Below are positions 1 to 12,827 of a DNA stretch of 64,000 nucleotides, piece by piece; position 1 is the stretch's first letter, and the number at the start of each line of letters is the position of its first letter. Under the pieces are notes generated by a model. It was not told the DNA's origin and ran no database searches. It saw nothing but the letters and a program-made list of their open reading frames with translations. This DNA comes from Macrostomum lignano. Its lineage: Eukaryota. The translations under genes were made by a program, and so were the position numbers. Where the stretch lies: positions 1 to 64,000 of the forward strand of contig NIVC01000762.1 of NCBI GenBank assembly GCA_002269645.1. Reading direction: 5' to 3'.

Positions 1-3000
1 AGCGACGGCGAGCCGTCTGCTGACGACGGCGCTCTAGCCAAGGCAATGCAAAAGACGCATGACGCCAAGGAGAGCGGCAGAAGGCCGATCTCAGCTCCCG
101 AGGAGGCAGCAACGCGCTGAGCGACGCTTTGCGTCAAGCCTCGGAGGGACGCGCTCGACAAGAAGTGCCGCTGAGAAGGCTGGCCTCGACAAGGACGCCC
201 TTGGCGCACTGAAGCTTGCCGAAGACGTGCTGAAGCGACGCGGCGTCAAGGCTGGCGACCTGACTGAGGAAGAGCGCAAAGCGGTCGGCGACGCAGTGAA
301 CGCACTCGATGAGGTGCTTGGGTCCGACGCAAGCGGCCTAAGTGAAGAGGAGCGAGAAATGCTAGCAGCGACGCTGCAGCGGATCAAGGATCGTCCGTTG
401 GACGAGCTGACCGACGAGGACCGCGCTCAGCTGGCCAAAGCGCTGGCTCTGCTGAACAAAAAGAAGAAGAAGGCCGACAAGCAGCGAAAGGAGGGCGAGT
501 CGGCCGAGTCTCTGCGCGAGAAGGCCAGTTGAGGAGCGCCGAGAATGCGGCCGATACGCTGAAGGCACTCTCATGGCTAGCCAGCGACGGCAAGGACAAG
601 AAGCTGAACGACGACCAGGCTGATAGTCTAACGAGAGCGCCAGCGCGATGAGGAAGGTTCTCGAAGAGGACCCGGAGAGTCTTGGCCTATCCGACGCTGA
701 GGCGCGCAACGCGCTCACTGTGCTGAACGCTCTCGAGAACAAGAAGGCTGGCGACACGGTCAGTCCGGAGCAGCTTGAAGCGGCTCGGCAAGGTGGCCAA
801 GATGGTCGAGGAGGGACGCGACAAGTGCAAAAAGCCGAAGATAGCCGACAGGCTCTAACCGAGCTGGAAAAGGTCAGGCGGACAGGTGGACGCCGACACG
901 GCCAAGGACATTTGAGGCTATTGGCCAGCCAAGCGACGGCGAGCCGTCTGCTGACGACGGCGCTCTAGCCAAGGCAATGCAAAAGACGCATGACGCCAAG
1001 GAGAGCGGCAAAAGGCCGATCTCACTCCCGAGGAGCAGAACGCGCTGAGCGACGCTTTGCGTCAAGCCTCGGAGGGACCGCTCGACAAGAGTGCCGCTGA
1101 GAAGGCTGGCCTCGACAAGGACGCCCTTGGCGCACTGAAGCTTGCCGAAGACGTGCTGAAGCGACGCGGCGTCAAGGCTGGCGACCTGACTGAGGAAGAG
1201 CGCAAAGCGGTCGGCGACGCAGTGAACGCACTCGATGAGGTGCTTGGGTCCGACGCAAGCGGCCTAAGTGAAGAGGAGCGAGAAATGCTAGCAGCGACGC
1301 TGCAGCGGATCAAGGATCGTCCGTTGGACGAGCTGACCGACGAGGACCGCGCTCAGCTGGCCAAAGCGCTGGCTCTGCTGAACAAAAAGAAGAAGAAGGC
1401 CGACAAGCAGCGAAAGGAGGGCGAGTCGGCCGAGTCTCTGCGCGACGCAGTTGAGGACGCCGAGAATGCGGCCGATACGCTGAAGGCACTCTCATGGCTA
1501 GCCAGCGACGGCAAGGACAAGAAGCTGAACGACGACCAGGCTGATAGTCTAACCGAGAGCGCCAGCGCGATGAGGAAGGTTCTCGAAGAGGACCCGGAGA
1601 GTCTTGGCCTATCCGACGCTGAGGCGCGCAACGCGCTCACTGTGCTGAACGCTCTCGAGAACAAGAAGGCTGGCGACACGGTCAGTCCGGAGCAGCTTGA
1701 AGCGCTCGGCAAGGTGGCCAAGATGGTCGAGGAGGGACGCGACAAAGTGCAAAAAGCCGAAGATAGCCGACAGGCTCTAACCGAGCTGGAAAGGTCAGGC
1801 GGACAGGTGGACGCCGACACGGCCAAGGACATTTTGAGGCTATTGGCCAGCCAAGCGACGGCGAGCCGTCTGCTGACGACGGCGCTCTAGCCAAGGCAAT
1901 GCAAAAGACGCATGACGCCAAGGAGAGCGGCAAGAAGGCCGATCTCACTCCCGAGGAGCAGAACGCGCTGAGCGACGCTTTGCGTCAAGCCTCGGAGGGA
2001 CCGCTCGACAAGAGTGCCGCTGAGAAGGCTGGCCTCGACAAGGACGCCCTTGGCGCACTGAAGCTTGCCGAAGACGTGCTGAAGCGACGCGGCGTCAAGG
2101 CTGGCGACCTGACTGAGGAAGAGCGCAAAGCGGTCGGCGACGCAGTGAACGCACTCGATGAGGTGCTTGGGTCCGACGCAAGCGGCCTAAGTGAAGAGGA
2201 GCGAGAAATGCTAGCAGCGACGCTGCAGCGGATCAAGGATCGTCCGTTGGACGAGCTGACCGACGAGGACCGCGCTCAGCTGGCCAAAGCGCTGGCTCTG
2301 CTGAACAAAAAGAAGAAGAAGGCCGACAAGCAGCGAAAGGAGGGCGAGTCGGCCGAGTCTCTGCGCGACGCAGTTGAGGACGCCGAGAATGCGGCCGATA
2401 CGCTGAAGGCACTCTCATGGCTAGCCAGCGACGGCAAGGACAAGAAGCTGAACGACGACCAGGCTGATAGTCTAACCGAGAGCGCCAGCGCGATGAGGAA
2501 GGTTCTCGAAGAGGACCCGGAGAGTCTTGGCCTATCCGACGCTGAGGCGCGCAACGCGCTCACTGTGCTGAACGCTCTCGAGAACAAGAAGGCTGGCGAC
2601 ACGGTCAGTCCGGAGCAGCTTGAAGCGCTCGGCAAGGTGGCCAAGATGGTCGAGGAGGGACGCGACAAAGTGCAAAAAGCCGAAGATAGCCGACAGGCTC
2701 TAACCGAGCTGGAAAGGTCAGGCGGACAGGTGGACGCCGACACGGCCAAGGACATTTTGAGGCTATTGGCCAGCCAAGCGACGGCGAGCCGTCTGCTGAC
2801 GACGGCGCTCTAGCCAAGGCAATGCAAAAGACGCATGACGCCAAGGAGAGCGGCAAGAAGGCCGATCTCACTCCCGAGGAGCAGAACGCGCTGAGCGACG
2901 CTTTGCGTCAAGCCTCGGAGGGACCGCTCGACAAGAGTGCCGCTGAGAAGGCTGGCCTCGACAAGGACGCCCTTGGCGCACTGAAGCTTGCCGAAGACGT

Positions 3001-6000
3001 GCTGAAGCGACGCGGCGTCAAGGCTGGCGACCTGACTGAGGAAGAGCGCAAAGCGGTCGGCGACGCAGTGAACGCACTCGATGAGGTGCTTGGGTCCGAC
3101 GCAAGCGGCCTAAGTGAAGAGGAGCGAGAAATGCTAGCAGCGACGCTGCAGCGGATCAAGGATCGTCCGTTGGACGAGCTGACCGACGAGGACCGCGCTC
3201 AGCTGGCCAAAGCGCTGGCTCTGCTGAACAAAAAGAAGAAGAAGGCCGACAAGCAGCGAAAGGAGGGCGAGTCGGCCGAGTCTCTGCGCGACGCAGTTGA
3301 GGACGCCGAGAATGCGGCCGATACGCTGAAGGCACTCTCATGGCTAGCCAGCGACGGCAAGGACAAGAAGCTGAACGACGACCAGGCTGATAGTCTAACC
3401 GAGAGCGCCAGCGCGATGAGGAAGGTTCTCGAAGAGGACCCGGAGAGTCTTGGCCTATCCGACGCTGAGGCGCGCAACGCGCTCACTGTGCTGAACGCTC
3501 TCGAGAACAAGAAGGCTGGCGACACGGTCAGTCCGGAGCAGCTTGAAGCGCTCGGCAAGGTGGCCAAGATGGTCGAGGAGGGACGCGACAAAGTGCAAAA
3601 AGCCGAAGATAGCCGACAGGCTCTAACCGAGCTGGAAAGGTCAGGCGGACAGGTGGACGCCGACACGGCCAAGGACATTTTGGAGGCTATTGGCCAGCCA
3701 AGCGACGGCGAGCCGTCTGCTGACGACGGCGCTCTAGCCAAGGCAATGCAAAAGACGCATGACGCCAAGGAGAGCGGCAAGAAGGCCGATCTCACTCCCG
3801 AGGAGCAGAACGCGCTGAGCGACGCTTTGCGTCAAGCCTCGGAGGGACCGCTCGACAAGAGTGCCGCTGAGAAGGCTGGCCTCGACAAGGACGCCCTTGG
3901 CGCACTGAAGCTTGCCGAAGACGTGCTGAAGCGACGCGGCGTCAAGGCTGGCGACCTGACTGAGGAAGAGCGCAAAGCGGTCGGCGACGCAGTGAACGCA
4001 CTCGATGAGGTGCTTGGGTCCGACGCAAGCGGCCTAAGTGAAGAGGAGCGAGAAATGCTAGCAGCGACGCTGCAGCGGATCAAGGATCGTCCGTTGGACG
4101 AGCTGACCGACGAGGACCGCGCTCAGCTGGCCAAAGCGCTGGCTCTGCTGAACAAAAAGAAGAAGAAGGCCGACAAGCAGCGAAAGGAGGGCGAGTCGGC
4201 CGAGTCTCTGCGCGACGCAGTTGAGGACGCCGAGAATGCGGCCGATACGCTGAAGGCACTCTCATGGCTAGCCAGCGACGGCAAGGACAAGAAGCTGAAC
4301 GACGACCAGGCTGATAGTCTAACCGAGAGCGCCAGCGCGATGAGGAAGGTTCTCGAAGAGGACCCGGAGAGTCTTGGCCTATCCGACGCTGAGGCGCGCA
4401 ACGCGCTCACTGTGCTGAACGCTCTCGAGAACAAGAAGGCTGGCGACACGGTCAGTCCGGAGCAGCTTGAAGCGCTCGGCAAGGTGGCCAAGATGGTCGA
4501 GGAGGGACGCGACAAAGTGCAAAAAGCCGAAGATAGCCGACAGGCTCTAACCGAGCTGGAAAGGTCAGGCGGACAGGTGGACGCCGACACGGCCAAGGAC
4601 ATTTTGAGGCTATTGGCCAGCCAAGCGACGGCGAGCCGTCTGCTGACGACGGCGCTCTAGCCAAGGCAATGCAAAAGACGCATGACGCCAAGGAGAGCGG
4701 CAAGAAGGCCGATCTCACTCCCGAGGAGCAGAACGCGCTGAGCGACGCTTTGCGTCAAGCCTCGGAGGGACCGCTCGACAAGAGTGCCGCTGAGAAGGCT
4801 GGCCTCGACAAGGACGCCCTTGGCGCACTGAAGCTTGCCGAAGACGTGCTGAAGCGACGCGGCGTCAAGGCTGGCGACCTGACTGAGGAAGAGCGCAAAG
4901 CGGTCGGCGACGCAGTGAACGCACTCGATGAGGTGCTTGGGTCCGACGCAAGCGGCCTAAGTGAAGAGGAGCGAGAAATGCTAGCAGCGACGCTGCAGCG
5001 GATCAAGGATCGTCCGTTGGACGAGCTGACCGACGAGGACCGCGCTCAGCTGGCCAAAGCGCTGGCTCTGCTGAACAAAAAGAAGAAGAAGGCCGACAAG
5101 CAGCGAAAGGAGGGCGAGTCGGCCGAGTCTCTGCGCGACGCAGTTGAGGACGCCGAGAATGCGGCCGATACGCTGAAGGCACTCTCATGGCTAGCCAGCG
5201 ACGGCAAGGACAAGAAGCTGAACGACGACCAGGCTGATAGTCTAACCGAGAGCGCCAGCGCGATGAGGAAGGTTCTCGAAGAGGACCCGGAGAGTCTTGG
5301 CCTATCCGACGCTGAGGCGCGCAACGCGCTCACTGTGCTGAACGCTCTCGAGAACAAGAAGGCTGGCGACACGGTCAGTCCGGAGCAGCTTGAAGCGCTC
5401 GGCAAGGTGGCCAAGATGGTCGAGGAGGGACGCGACAAAGTGCAAAAAGCCGAAGATAGCCGACAGGCTCTAACCGAGCTGGAAAGGTCAGGCGGACAGG
5501 TGGACGCCGACACGGCCAAGGACATTTTGGAGGCTATTGGCCAGCCAAGCGACGGCGAGCCGTCTGCTGACGACGGCGCTCTAGCCAAGGCAATGCAAAA
5601 GACGCATGACGCCAAGGAGAGCGGCAAGAAGGCCGATCTCACTCCCGAGGAGCAGAACGCGCTGAGCGACGCTTTGCGTCAAGCCTCGGAGGGACCGCTC
5701 GACAAGAGTGCCGCTGAGAAGGCTGGCCTCGACAAGGACGCCCTTGGCGCACTGAAGCTTGCCGAAGACGTGCTGAAGCGACGCGGCGTCAAGGCTGGCG
5801 ACCTGACTGAGGAAGAGCGCAAAGCGGTCGGCGACGCAGTGAACGCACTCGATGAGGTGCTTGGGTCCGACGCAAGCGGCCTAAGTGAAGAGGAGCGAGA
5901 AATGCTAGCAGCGACGCTGCAGCGGATCAAGGATCGTCCGTTGGACGAGCTGACCGACGAGGACCGCGCTCAGCTGGCCAAAGCGCTGGCTCTGCTGAAC

Positions 6001-6670
6001 AAAAAGAAGAAGAAGGCCGACAAGCAGCGAAAGGAGGGCGAGTCGGCCGAGTCTCTGCGCGACGCAGTTGAGGACGCCGAGAATGCGGCCGATACGCTGA
6101 AGGCACTCTCATGGCTAGCCAGCGACGGCAAGGACAAGAAGCTGAACGACGACCAGGCTGATAGTCTAACCGAGAGCGCCAGCGCGATGAGGAAGGTTCT
6201 CGAAGAGGACCCGGAGAGTCTTGGCCTATCCGACGCTGAGGCGCGCAACGCGCTCACTGTGCTGAACGCTCTCGAGAACAAGAAGGCTGGCGACACGGTC
6301 AGTCCGGAGCAGCTTGAAGCGCTCGGCAAGGTGGCCAAGATGGTCGAGGAGGGACGCGACAAAGTGCAAAAAGCCGAAGATAGCCGACAGGCTCTAACCG
6401 AGCTGGAAAGGTCAGGCGGACAGGTGGACGCCGACACGGCCAAGGACATTTTGGAGGCTATTGGCCAGCCAAGCGACGGCGAGCCGTCTGCTGACGACGG
6501 CGCTCTAGCCAAGGCAATGCAAAAGACGCATGACGCCAAGGAGAGCGGCAAGAAAACCGATCTCACTCCCGAGGAGCAGAACGCGCTGAGCGACGCTTTG
6601 CGTCAAGCCTCGGAGGGACCGCTCGACAAGAGTGCCGCTGAGAAGGCTGGCCTCGACAAGGACGCCCTTG
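1..6670 (+). repeat. Coding tandem repeat, 924-bp unit, about 7.2 copies
   Basis: The motif AGCGACGGCGAGCCG starts at 1, 932, 1854, 2777, 3701, 4624, 5548 and 6472. Units after the first are almost identical. The array ends at GACGCCCTTG (6670). Confidence 0.97.
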
Positions 6671-9600
6671 CCCTAGAGAAATTGACCGATAATATGAAAG
6701 AATCCTTAGATGACGTTGAGGTGCATCAACTTCTAGAACGACCACCAGATAAGATGAAAGGACTCCCAGATGAGGTTGAAATCGCTTTTTCTGATGTCAA
6801 TGAATTAGACATTGTTCCATTCTTTGGTAGCACCCAGACCTCAGAGGTGATATCGTCTATGCCTGGACAAAAAACATCAGCTGGCGTTTTGAATGCAGTG
6901 TTAGACTCTGAATGTCGAGTTTCCGATAGTCTCTTAGAAGCTACTGAACAGCCGTCTAGTATTGCTACGGCAATGCCTGTGGCTAGGAGCTCTCCCGGTT
7001 TTTCGTCCACTATACCTTCTCAAGACAGTGCAAAGGTAAAGACTGTTATTGAATGTGCTACCCAGACAGAGAAGCTGGAAGTCCGCGATGAAAGTGATCA
7101 ATGGGAGGATTCGGGCCGGCTGTCTCTGTCTCTTCAAAATATTCCCGTTGAGGACAATCGTCGTATGTCGTTTGCCTCGATGCCAGACCGTGTAACTGAG
7201 ACCAGTCTCCTGGTTCCTGCGTTAGCTATTTCCGACAGTCTCGGCAGTTCACAAGAGACGCCAGCAACTGCTTCGCCGGGCTTGTTAGACCAGAGTGCCA
7301 ACAATCGCCAATCGCAGTCGTCGCGCGATATTGGTCGCCTGCCGCCCTCGCTTGGTTGCTCGGAGTCTCAACTTGTGCGTTCTCGATCGGTTGAGCAAAT
7401 TGACGCTCTGGTTGTCGGCAGGCCTGCCGAGGCTGCTTCTTCTGAGACGCAGAGGCAGCCCCGTAGAACCCGGGAGATTTCAGTGTCTACAGATGCCGAG
7501 ACAGGAACTCCACGATCAAGTCGTGGTGTTTGTGATTTCATTATGCTAGACCTGAACCGATGTCGCACTTGGGAAGAGATGATTGAAGCGCAGTTGAACT
7601 ATATTCGAGGCCAGACAGACCTGCTGCTTGAGACTGTAGACAGCTCTCCAGAGCCGACACGAGCTCCATCGCCTGAGCCTGAGCCGGAACAGCAGCGCAC
7701 GGTGGAAGTGGCGGCTTCAGTTCGCACAACCGTTCAGCAAACTCCAGCCCGTGGAAGACCGGCGGAGCCACTGACCCAGCCGAATCCACGCATCAACCAA
7801 CTGCGCATGGAAATCCGAAATCAAGAGTGGCGCACCCAGATGGAGATGTTCAAGAGAGAGAGACAGTTTGCCAACTCTCAGTTGGAGGCGACGCGCCTAC
7901 TGTCGCAATGTCAGCTGGCTGGAACGCGCTCTCCCGCAGCCGAGCCGGCTTCCGGCGCCACAAACTACGCGCGCAAACTCACAGCGGAGAGGAGCAAACT
8001 GCTGCGGCCGATTGTTGCTGAACAGACAGTCGAGCCTTCAGAGCATTCGTCAGCGGCGGCTTCAGCGACAACGACGGCGACAACAGTACCGAAAGCACCA
8101 ACGGCAGAGTCTGGGAATGCTCAGGCTGGCACTGCAGCTGGCGGTGATTATCATCGTCGGTCTCAAGAGTCGACTTCGTCGACTAGTCTAGCCGAGCAGG
8201 CCGCTGCTTCTCAAGCAGCACCGCCGCCGCCACCGCCGCCGCCGCCAATTTACCGAACGCGCCCGCCGCGTCGAACTGTGACCGCCACCGCGTCCTTTCT
8301 AGACCGATCGGGCCGCCCTGCCATCCGCACGGGGTCGGCGCTGGATGCGATCAACAGATCGGCTCGGATATCTCAGGTGGGCCACTTTCCTTGAACTGCC
8401 TCTGCTATTATCACTGTGTTATTCAGCTACTTTAAAAATCACCACTCCGCTTGTACGCAGCTGCATCTAAATGGCTTGCTTTGAGGCAACAAGACACAAT
8501 AGGTGTACACGCATTGATCTAATTGCTTCTTTTATGCCAGCTCCTCAGAGTGAAAAGAAATATGGTGACTGGTGATAAAAGTTTTTCTTTTAACCGCGAA
8601 TTCAATTTACAGGGAGTTTCAATCCTATGAATCTAGTAGAATAAATGTCAGTTCACACTACTATTGTTATAAAAGCTTAAATAGTAGTATCAATGACCTA
8701 CTTATGAGTGCTGTAATTTCTGAAAATTTGTGTGGCTACTTGTAGTTCATTTTAGCCAGAATTAGGCCTTCATATAAATCTAAAAAAGGTGACATTTACG
8801 TCCTGATACTAGCCTGCATTTGAATAATTGCTTGGTCATGCTTCGGCTTTGAGTACGCTAAATTGTCTAGTTGGACACGTTAAAACAAATGCTTGGCATT
8901 TTGCTACTATGTTTAATTGCTTAAAATTTGATTTTTAATCTCGTAAGATTGTCGCGGCGGCTCTCGTGACGGCCAACAGAAGTGCAGCAGAGCTGCCGAG
9001 TGTAAGTCTCCGCCTGATAGATGAACTTCTCTGGAGCTTTTACTAACCTAAAAGTTGTGATCAAAAGAAATCAGATGTCCTGTTGATGCCGCTGTGATTT
9101 GTGCTATTCATACAGTTTGCCAATAGCTTTAACGTCATCGTATCTACTGTACTGTACAATTCCTTGACTTTACTAACCAGTAGTGAGTTAGTAACATATT
9201 AACTAGTTGAAGTAGTCGCAATTTACCGATTTGCCGTTCTGTGTAAGAACTGTTTTACGTCACTGTTTTTCATTTGCTTGGATTTTTTAACTATCGTAGT
9301 TGCATGCTATCTAAATACGTATATTTTTTGCCCTACATCGTCACTATTATAGTTTAGAGTTTACTTCTATACCTTTTCATAGTGAGGTGGATGCTGTAGG
9401 GGTAGAAAGTTGGGGTGGGTGCAGTTGGGGTAGAAAATCATAGGGTATGGGGTGATGGGGTGGGTGCAGTAGGGGTAGAAAATCATAGGGAATGGGGTGA
9501 TGGGGTGGGTGCAGTTAGGGTAGAAAGTCACAGAGTATGAGGTAATGGGGGTGGGTGCAGTTGGGGTAGAAAATCACAGGGTATGGGGTGATGGGGTGGG

Positions 9601-10055
9601 TGCAGTAGGGGTAGAAAATCATAGGGTATGGGGTGATGGGGTGGGTGCAGTAGGGGTTGAAAATCACAGGGCGTGGTGGGTGAAGGACAAGGAATTAAAA
9701 AGCTTTTTCAGAAAAAATTGATAAGTAATGCTATGTGATCTTGAATTCCATCTGGTGCAGGCAGTGGACGAGAATCTCCGTCAGCACAGGCAGCGTTACA
9801 GGCAGCTGCAGGTTACAAGCGACAGATCAAGAGGTGTGGAGCCAGCTAGCAGGTGAGAATGCTTAAACTATTGTCGCTATAAACTACATTAATTACGACC
9901 TCATTACCAAAGAGCCTGTGTCCCCTTCAAAAATCCCGGTTTGCAGCGCATCGGCCGACTTGGACATGCTGCGGCAGACTCGTGCTAACCTGGAAGAAGC
10001 TCGCGCGGGTCTCAACAGCCTTATGAGCAGCCCGCGGTCTCAGGGAGAGCTTTAG
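1..10055 (+). CDS. Giant tandem-repeat protein, 5'-partial: at least 7 x 308-aa helical repeats + unique Ser/Pro-rich tail; exons <1-8376, 8948-9001, 9761-9852, 9947-10055
   Basis: ORF 4669-8394 reads through two repeats into unique sequence. Donor CAG|GTGGGC at 8376. Three small downstream exons have AG/GT ends and compatible phases (0,0,2), giving ...SARISQ|IVAAALVTANRSAAELPS|AVDENLRQHRQRYRQLQ...EPAS|SASADLDMLRQTRANLEEARAGL...QGEL*. AATAAA follows at 10160. The reading frame is broken by 1-bp deletions at about 1836, 2759 and 4606, and by several indels in the first kb. Confidence 0.8.
9398..9680 (+). repeat. G-rich minisatellite (about 39-40 bp) in intron
   Basis: Repeating GGGGTGGGTGCAG...GGGGTAGAAAATCATAGGG. 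Confidence 0.9.
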
Positions 10056-10159
10056 TTGCTTTTTGATTGAATCGGGTCGCCAACCACTATAACTAAGCGG
10101 CCAGTTTGTTACAATTGAATCAAACTTTATCTTAATTGCTTTGCTTGTTCAAAAAATAC

Positions 10160-10165
10160 AATAAA
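10160..10165 (+). terminator. Polyadenylation signal of the repeat-protein gene
   Basis: AATAAA about 105 nt after the TAG at 10053-10055. Confidence 0.6.
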
Positions 10166-11261
10166 CAATCGGTGTGGTTATTGCTTCGTTGATTTTTAGT
10201 TGACCAAAGAGGGGGGTTTGGTCAAGCCAAATAAAGGCAGCAGTCGTGGGGTTTACAGTAAGTATAAAGTGTACGATGTATGAGGTATTGGAGGGATAGG
10301 AAAATCAGTGCCGAGAGGTCGATGTCGGAGGGGTAGGAAAGTCAATGGCGTGAGGTGGGTGTCGGAGGGATAGGAAAGTCAGTGGCGTGATGTGGGTGTC
10401 GGTGGGGTGAGAAGTTGATTGTGCGAATTTTAGGTTTTAATACAATTATGTAACTGTTTTCTTTAATTTGTGCTGACTATAGTTTGACAACGAAGTACTT
10501 ATCGGAAATTTTAAAAACCTATTTTTGAGCAAAAATCATTATCCAAATCATATTGGACGTAGCTTTGGTGCTAACATTATTAGCAATGCTTTCTTAAGTT
10601 TTGTTGAATTGCTGTGAATTTATCGCATAGCTTAGTTCGGCGTGTGCTATGCAGTTTTCCTTATCTGTACTTGTCTAATTGTCTGATTGTCGAATTCTCT
10701 ATTGTCCAATTTAATTACAAACTGCTTTCTTGCGTTGACAGCCCTTGTTTTGCTCAATAACTGCATCATGTTTCAACAGCTCTGGTTTAGCTGTCATTGT
10801 TTGTAATGCATTGTAGTTTTTTCTATTGTATCCTCATTAACAAGACTGTTACTTATTAGCACTCAGTTAATCTGCATGGCCAGATCCACTTCTAGGGGCC
10901 AAGCTATTTTTGAGTTTTTATTTCTCATTGATTGACACTTAGCCGCGTAGGGATGGATTATGTACCAAATGTACATAATAGCTTTTAGCTTTTAACTTTT
11001 AGCAGCACAACAACTTGGACATGTAAATTAATTCCATTTTTATTTGAGCTGGACTCACCTGCGGTAATTTTTCGAGCTCGTATGTAATCTTGATGCCCGA
11101 GACAGTAAAACGCTATTTTTTATAATTGCTCAAAGCATCGCTTCCATGTATGTTTAGTAGGTTTTTGCTACTGAAAACTATAATATTAAACTATCTTGTT
11201 TTTATAATATCGATTGACTACAAACTATTATTCACGTGTAACTGATACAATTATAAAGAAA

Positions 11262-11850
11262 GTGGGGTGGGTGTCTTTAGGGTAGGAAAATAACAGGGAG
11301 TGGGGTGGGTGTTTTTCGGGTAGGAAATAACAGGGAGTGGGGTGGGTGTCTTACGGGTAGGAAATAACAGGGAGTGGGGTGGGTGTTTTTCGGGTAGGAA
11401 ATAACAGGGAGTGGGGTGGGTGTCTTACGGGTAGGAAATAACATGGAGTGGGGTGGGTGTCTTTCGGGTAGGAAATAACAGGGAGTGGGGTGGGTGTTTT
11501 TCGGGTAGGAAATAGCAGGGAGTGGGGTGGGTGTCTTACGGGTAGGAAATAACAGGGAGTGGGGTGGGTGTTTTTCGGGTAGGAAATAACAGGGAGTGGG
11601 GTGGGTGTCTTACGGGTAGGATATAACAGGGAGTGGGGTGGGTGTTTTTCGGGTAGGAAATAACAGGGAGTGGGGTGGGTGTCTTACGGGTAGGAAATAA
11701 CAGGGAGTAGGGTGGAGTGTCCTTGGGGTAGGGAGTAACAGGGAGTGGGGTGGAGTGTCCTTGGGGTAGGGAGTAACAGGGAGTGGGGTGGAGTGTCCTT
11801 GGGTTAGGAAATAACAGAGAGTGGGTGGGTGTCTTCAGGGTAGGGGAGTA
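11262..11850 (+). repeat. G-rich 37-bp minisatellite, same family as 9398-9680 and a degenerate patch at about 10285-10415
   Basis: Unit AACAGGGAGTGGGGTGGGTGTTTTTCGGGTAGGAAAT with four G-tracts. Confidence 0.92.
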
Positions 11851-12194
11851 ACTGTGTGGGATGGAAACATGCTGGCACAAATCGATTCACGACTTCGTCT
11901 TACCGGACTTCGTATTTTCTGGAATTTTAGTTATCTCAGAAACTCGGCCATGCCGAATCTGAATACTTGAGTATAACAATGTAGTTCTCAGCTTTTTAGT
12001 ATTTTTACACTCCATCCTGGAAGTTTTTCTTTAAAAGAACGTAAACATTGTTATTAATAAGGCAGGCAATGAAGGCAGCAATGAAGTGCCAAAGCGGATC
12101 AACGCACTCGCAGGTTCAAAATGGAGACTGGAGCTCGGAGAATCTCTCAGCTCGGACTTGTAAAACCTGGACTGGTTGTCCGCATTGAATCCAT

Positions 12195-12827
12195 CTATTG
12201 AATCATCTGCTTTCCAGACTCAACCACCTCCAGTGCTCGGCGCTCAGGCCCAGCTGCCATTGCCCAGAGCAGCGGTGCCATCTCAGCGCTTCCAGCCAGG
12301 CCAGCTGATGCCCGCATGGCGGTCCCGTCCGAGCTGCTCAAGAAGCTCCGGCAGCTGTCGGCCTGAGCACTCCAGCTGGCCTCCTGCCCGCTCCCAGCAG
12401 TCTTGTACAGCGAGCCCTTGAAGCTGCTGCCGCTGACGCCGGACACCCAGCGATAGTCGGCGGGACAGAGCCGGCCCGGCTCGAGACCCTCCGACTGCTT
12501 GACGAAGACTCGGAGCTGCCGGCTGGCGCAGCCGCTGTTCGCCATCGAGCTGGCATCGAGCAGCAGCTGCGAGCTGCAGGCATCGAAGGAGAACAGCAGG
12601 CAGACCTGAGCGTCCGAGGCGTGTCCGGCCTCCATGGCGAAGGCCCGGCACCGCGGAGCTGCGCGACAGCGAAAGGCGCAGTTGGCGATGTCCAGGTCGA
12701 GCCGCTGGTAGTGGGCTGGCGACACGCAGTTGGAGGCGAGGATCGAGTGGAAGGAGGTTGGCCGAGTGCAGCAGGTCGCAGGTCGGCGGAGCAGCAGCAG
12801 CGGCAGCAGCAGGGGAATCGGGACCAT
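12195..12827 (-). pseudogene. Degenerate PAN/Apple + C-type lectin paralog (copy A)
   Basis: Signal peptide and PAN domain nearly identical to copies B and C. It lacks 17 codons (PLTKLADLSSVEEMQDV) and shifts frame after RASAGL. The homologous NGSWAW segment reads ...AATGGCAGCTGGGCCTGA, i.e. a stop in the ancestral frame. Confidence 0.7.

Noticed and set aside
91-6745. Many short antisense and alternative-frame ORFs over the 924-bp repeat
   Set aside because: Shadows of a GC-rich coding repeat, reiterated identically in each unit.
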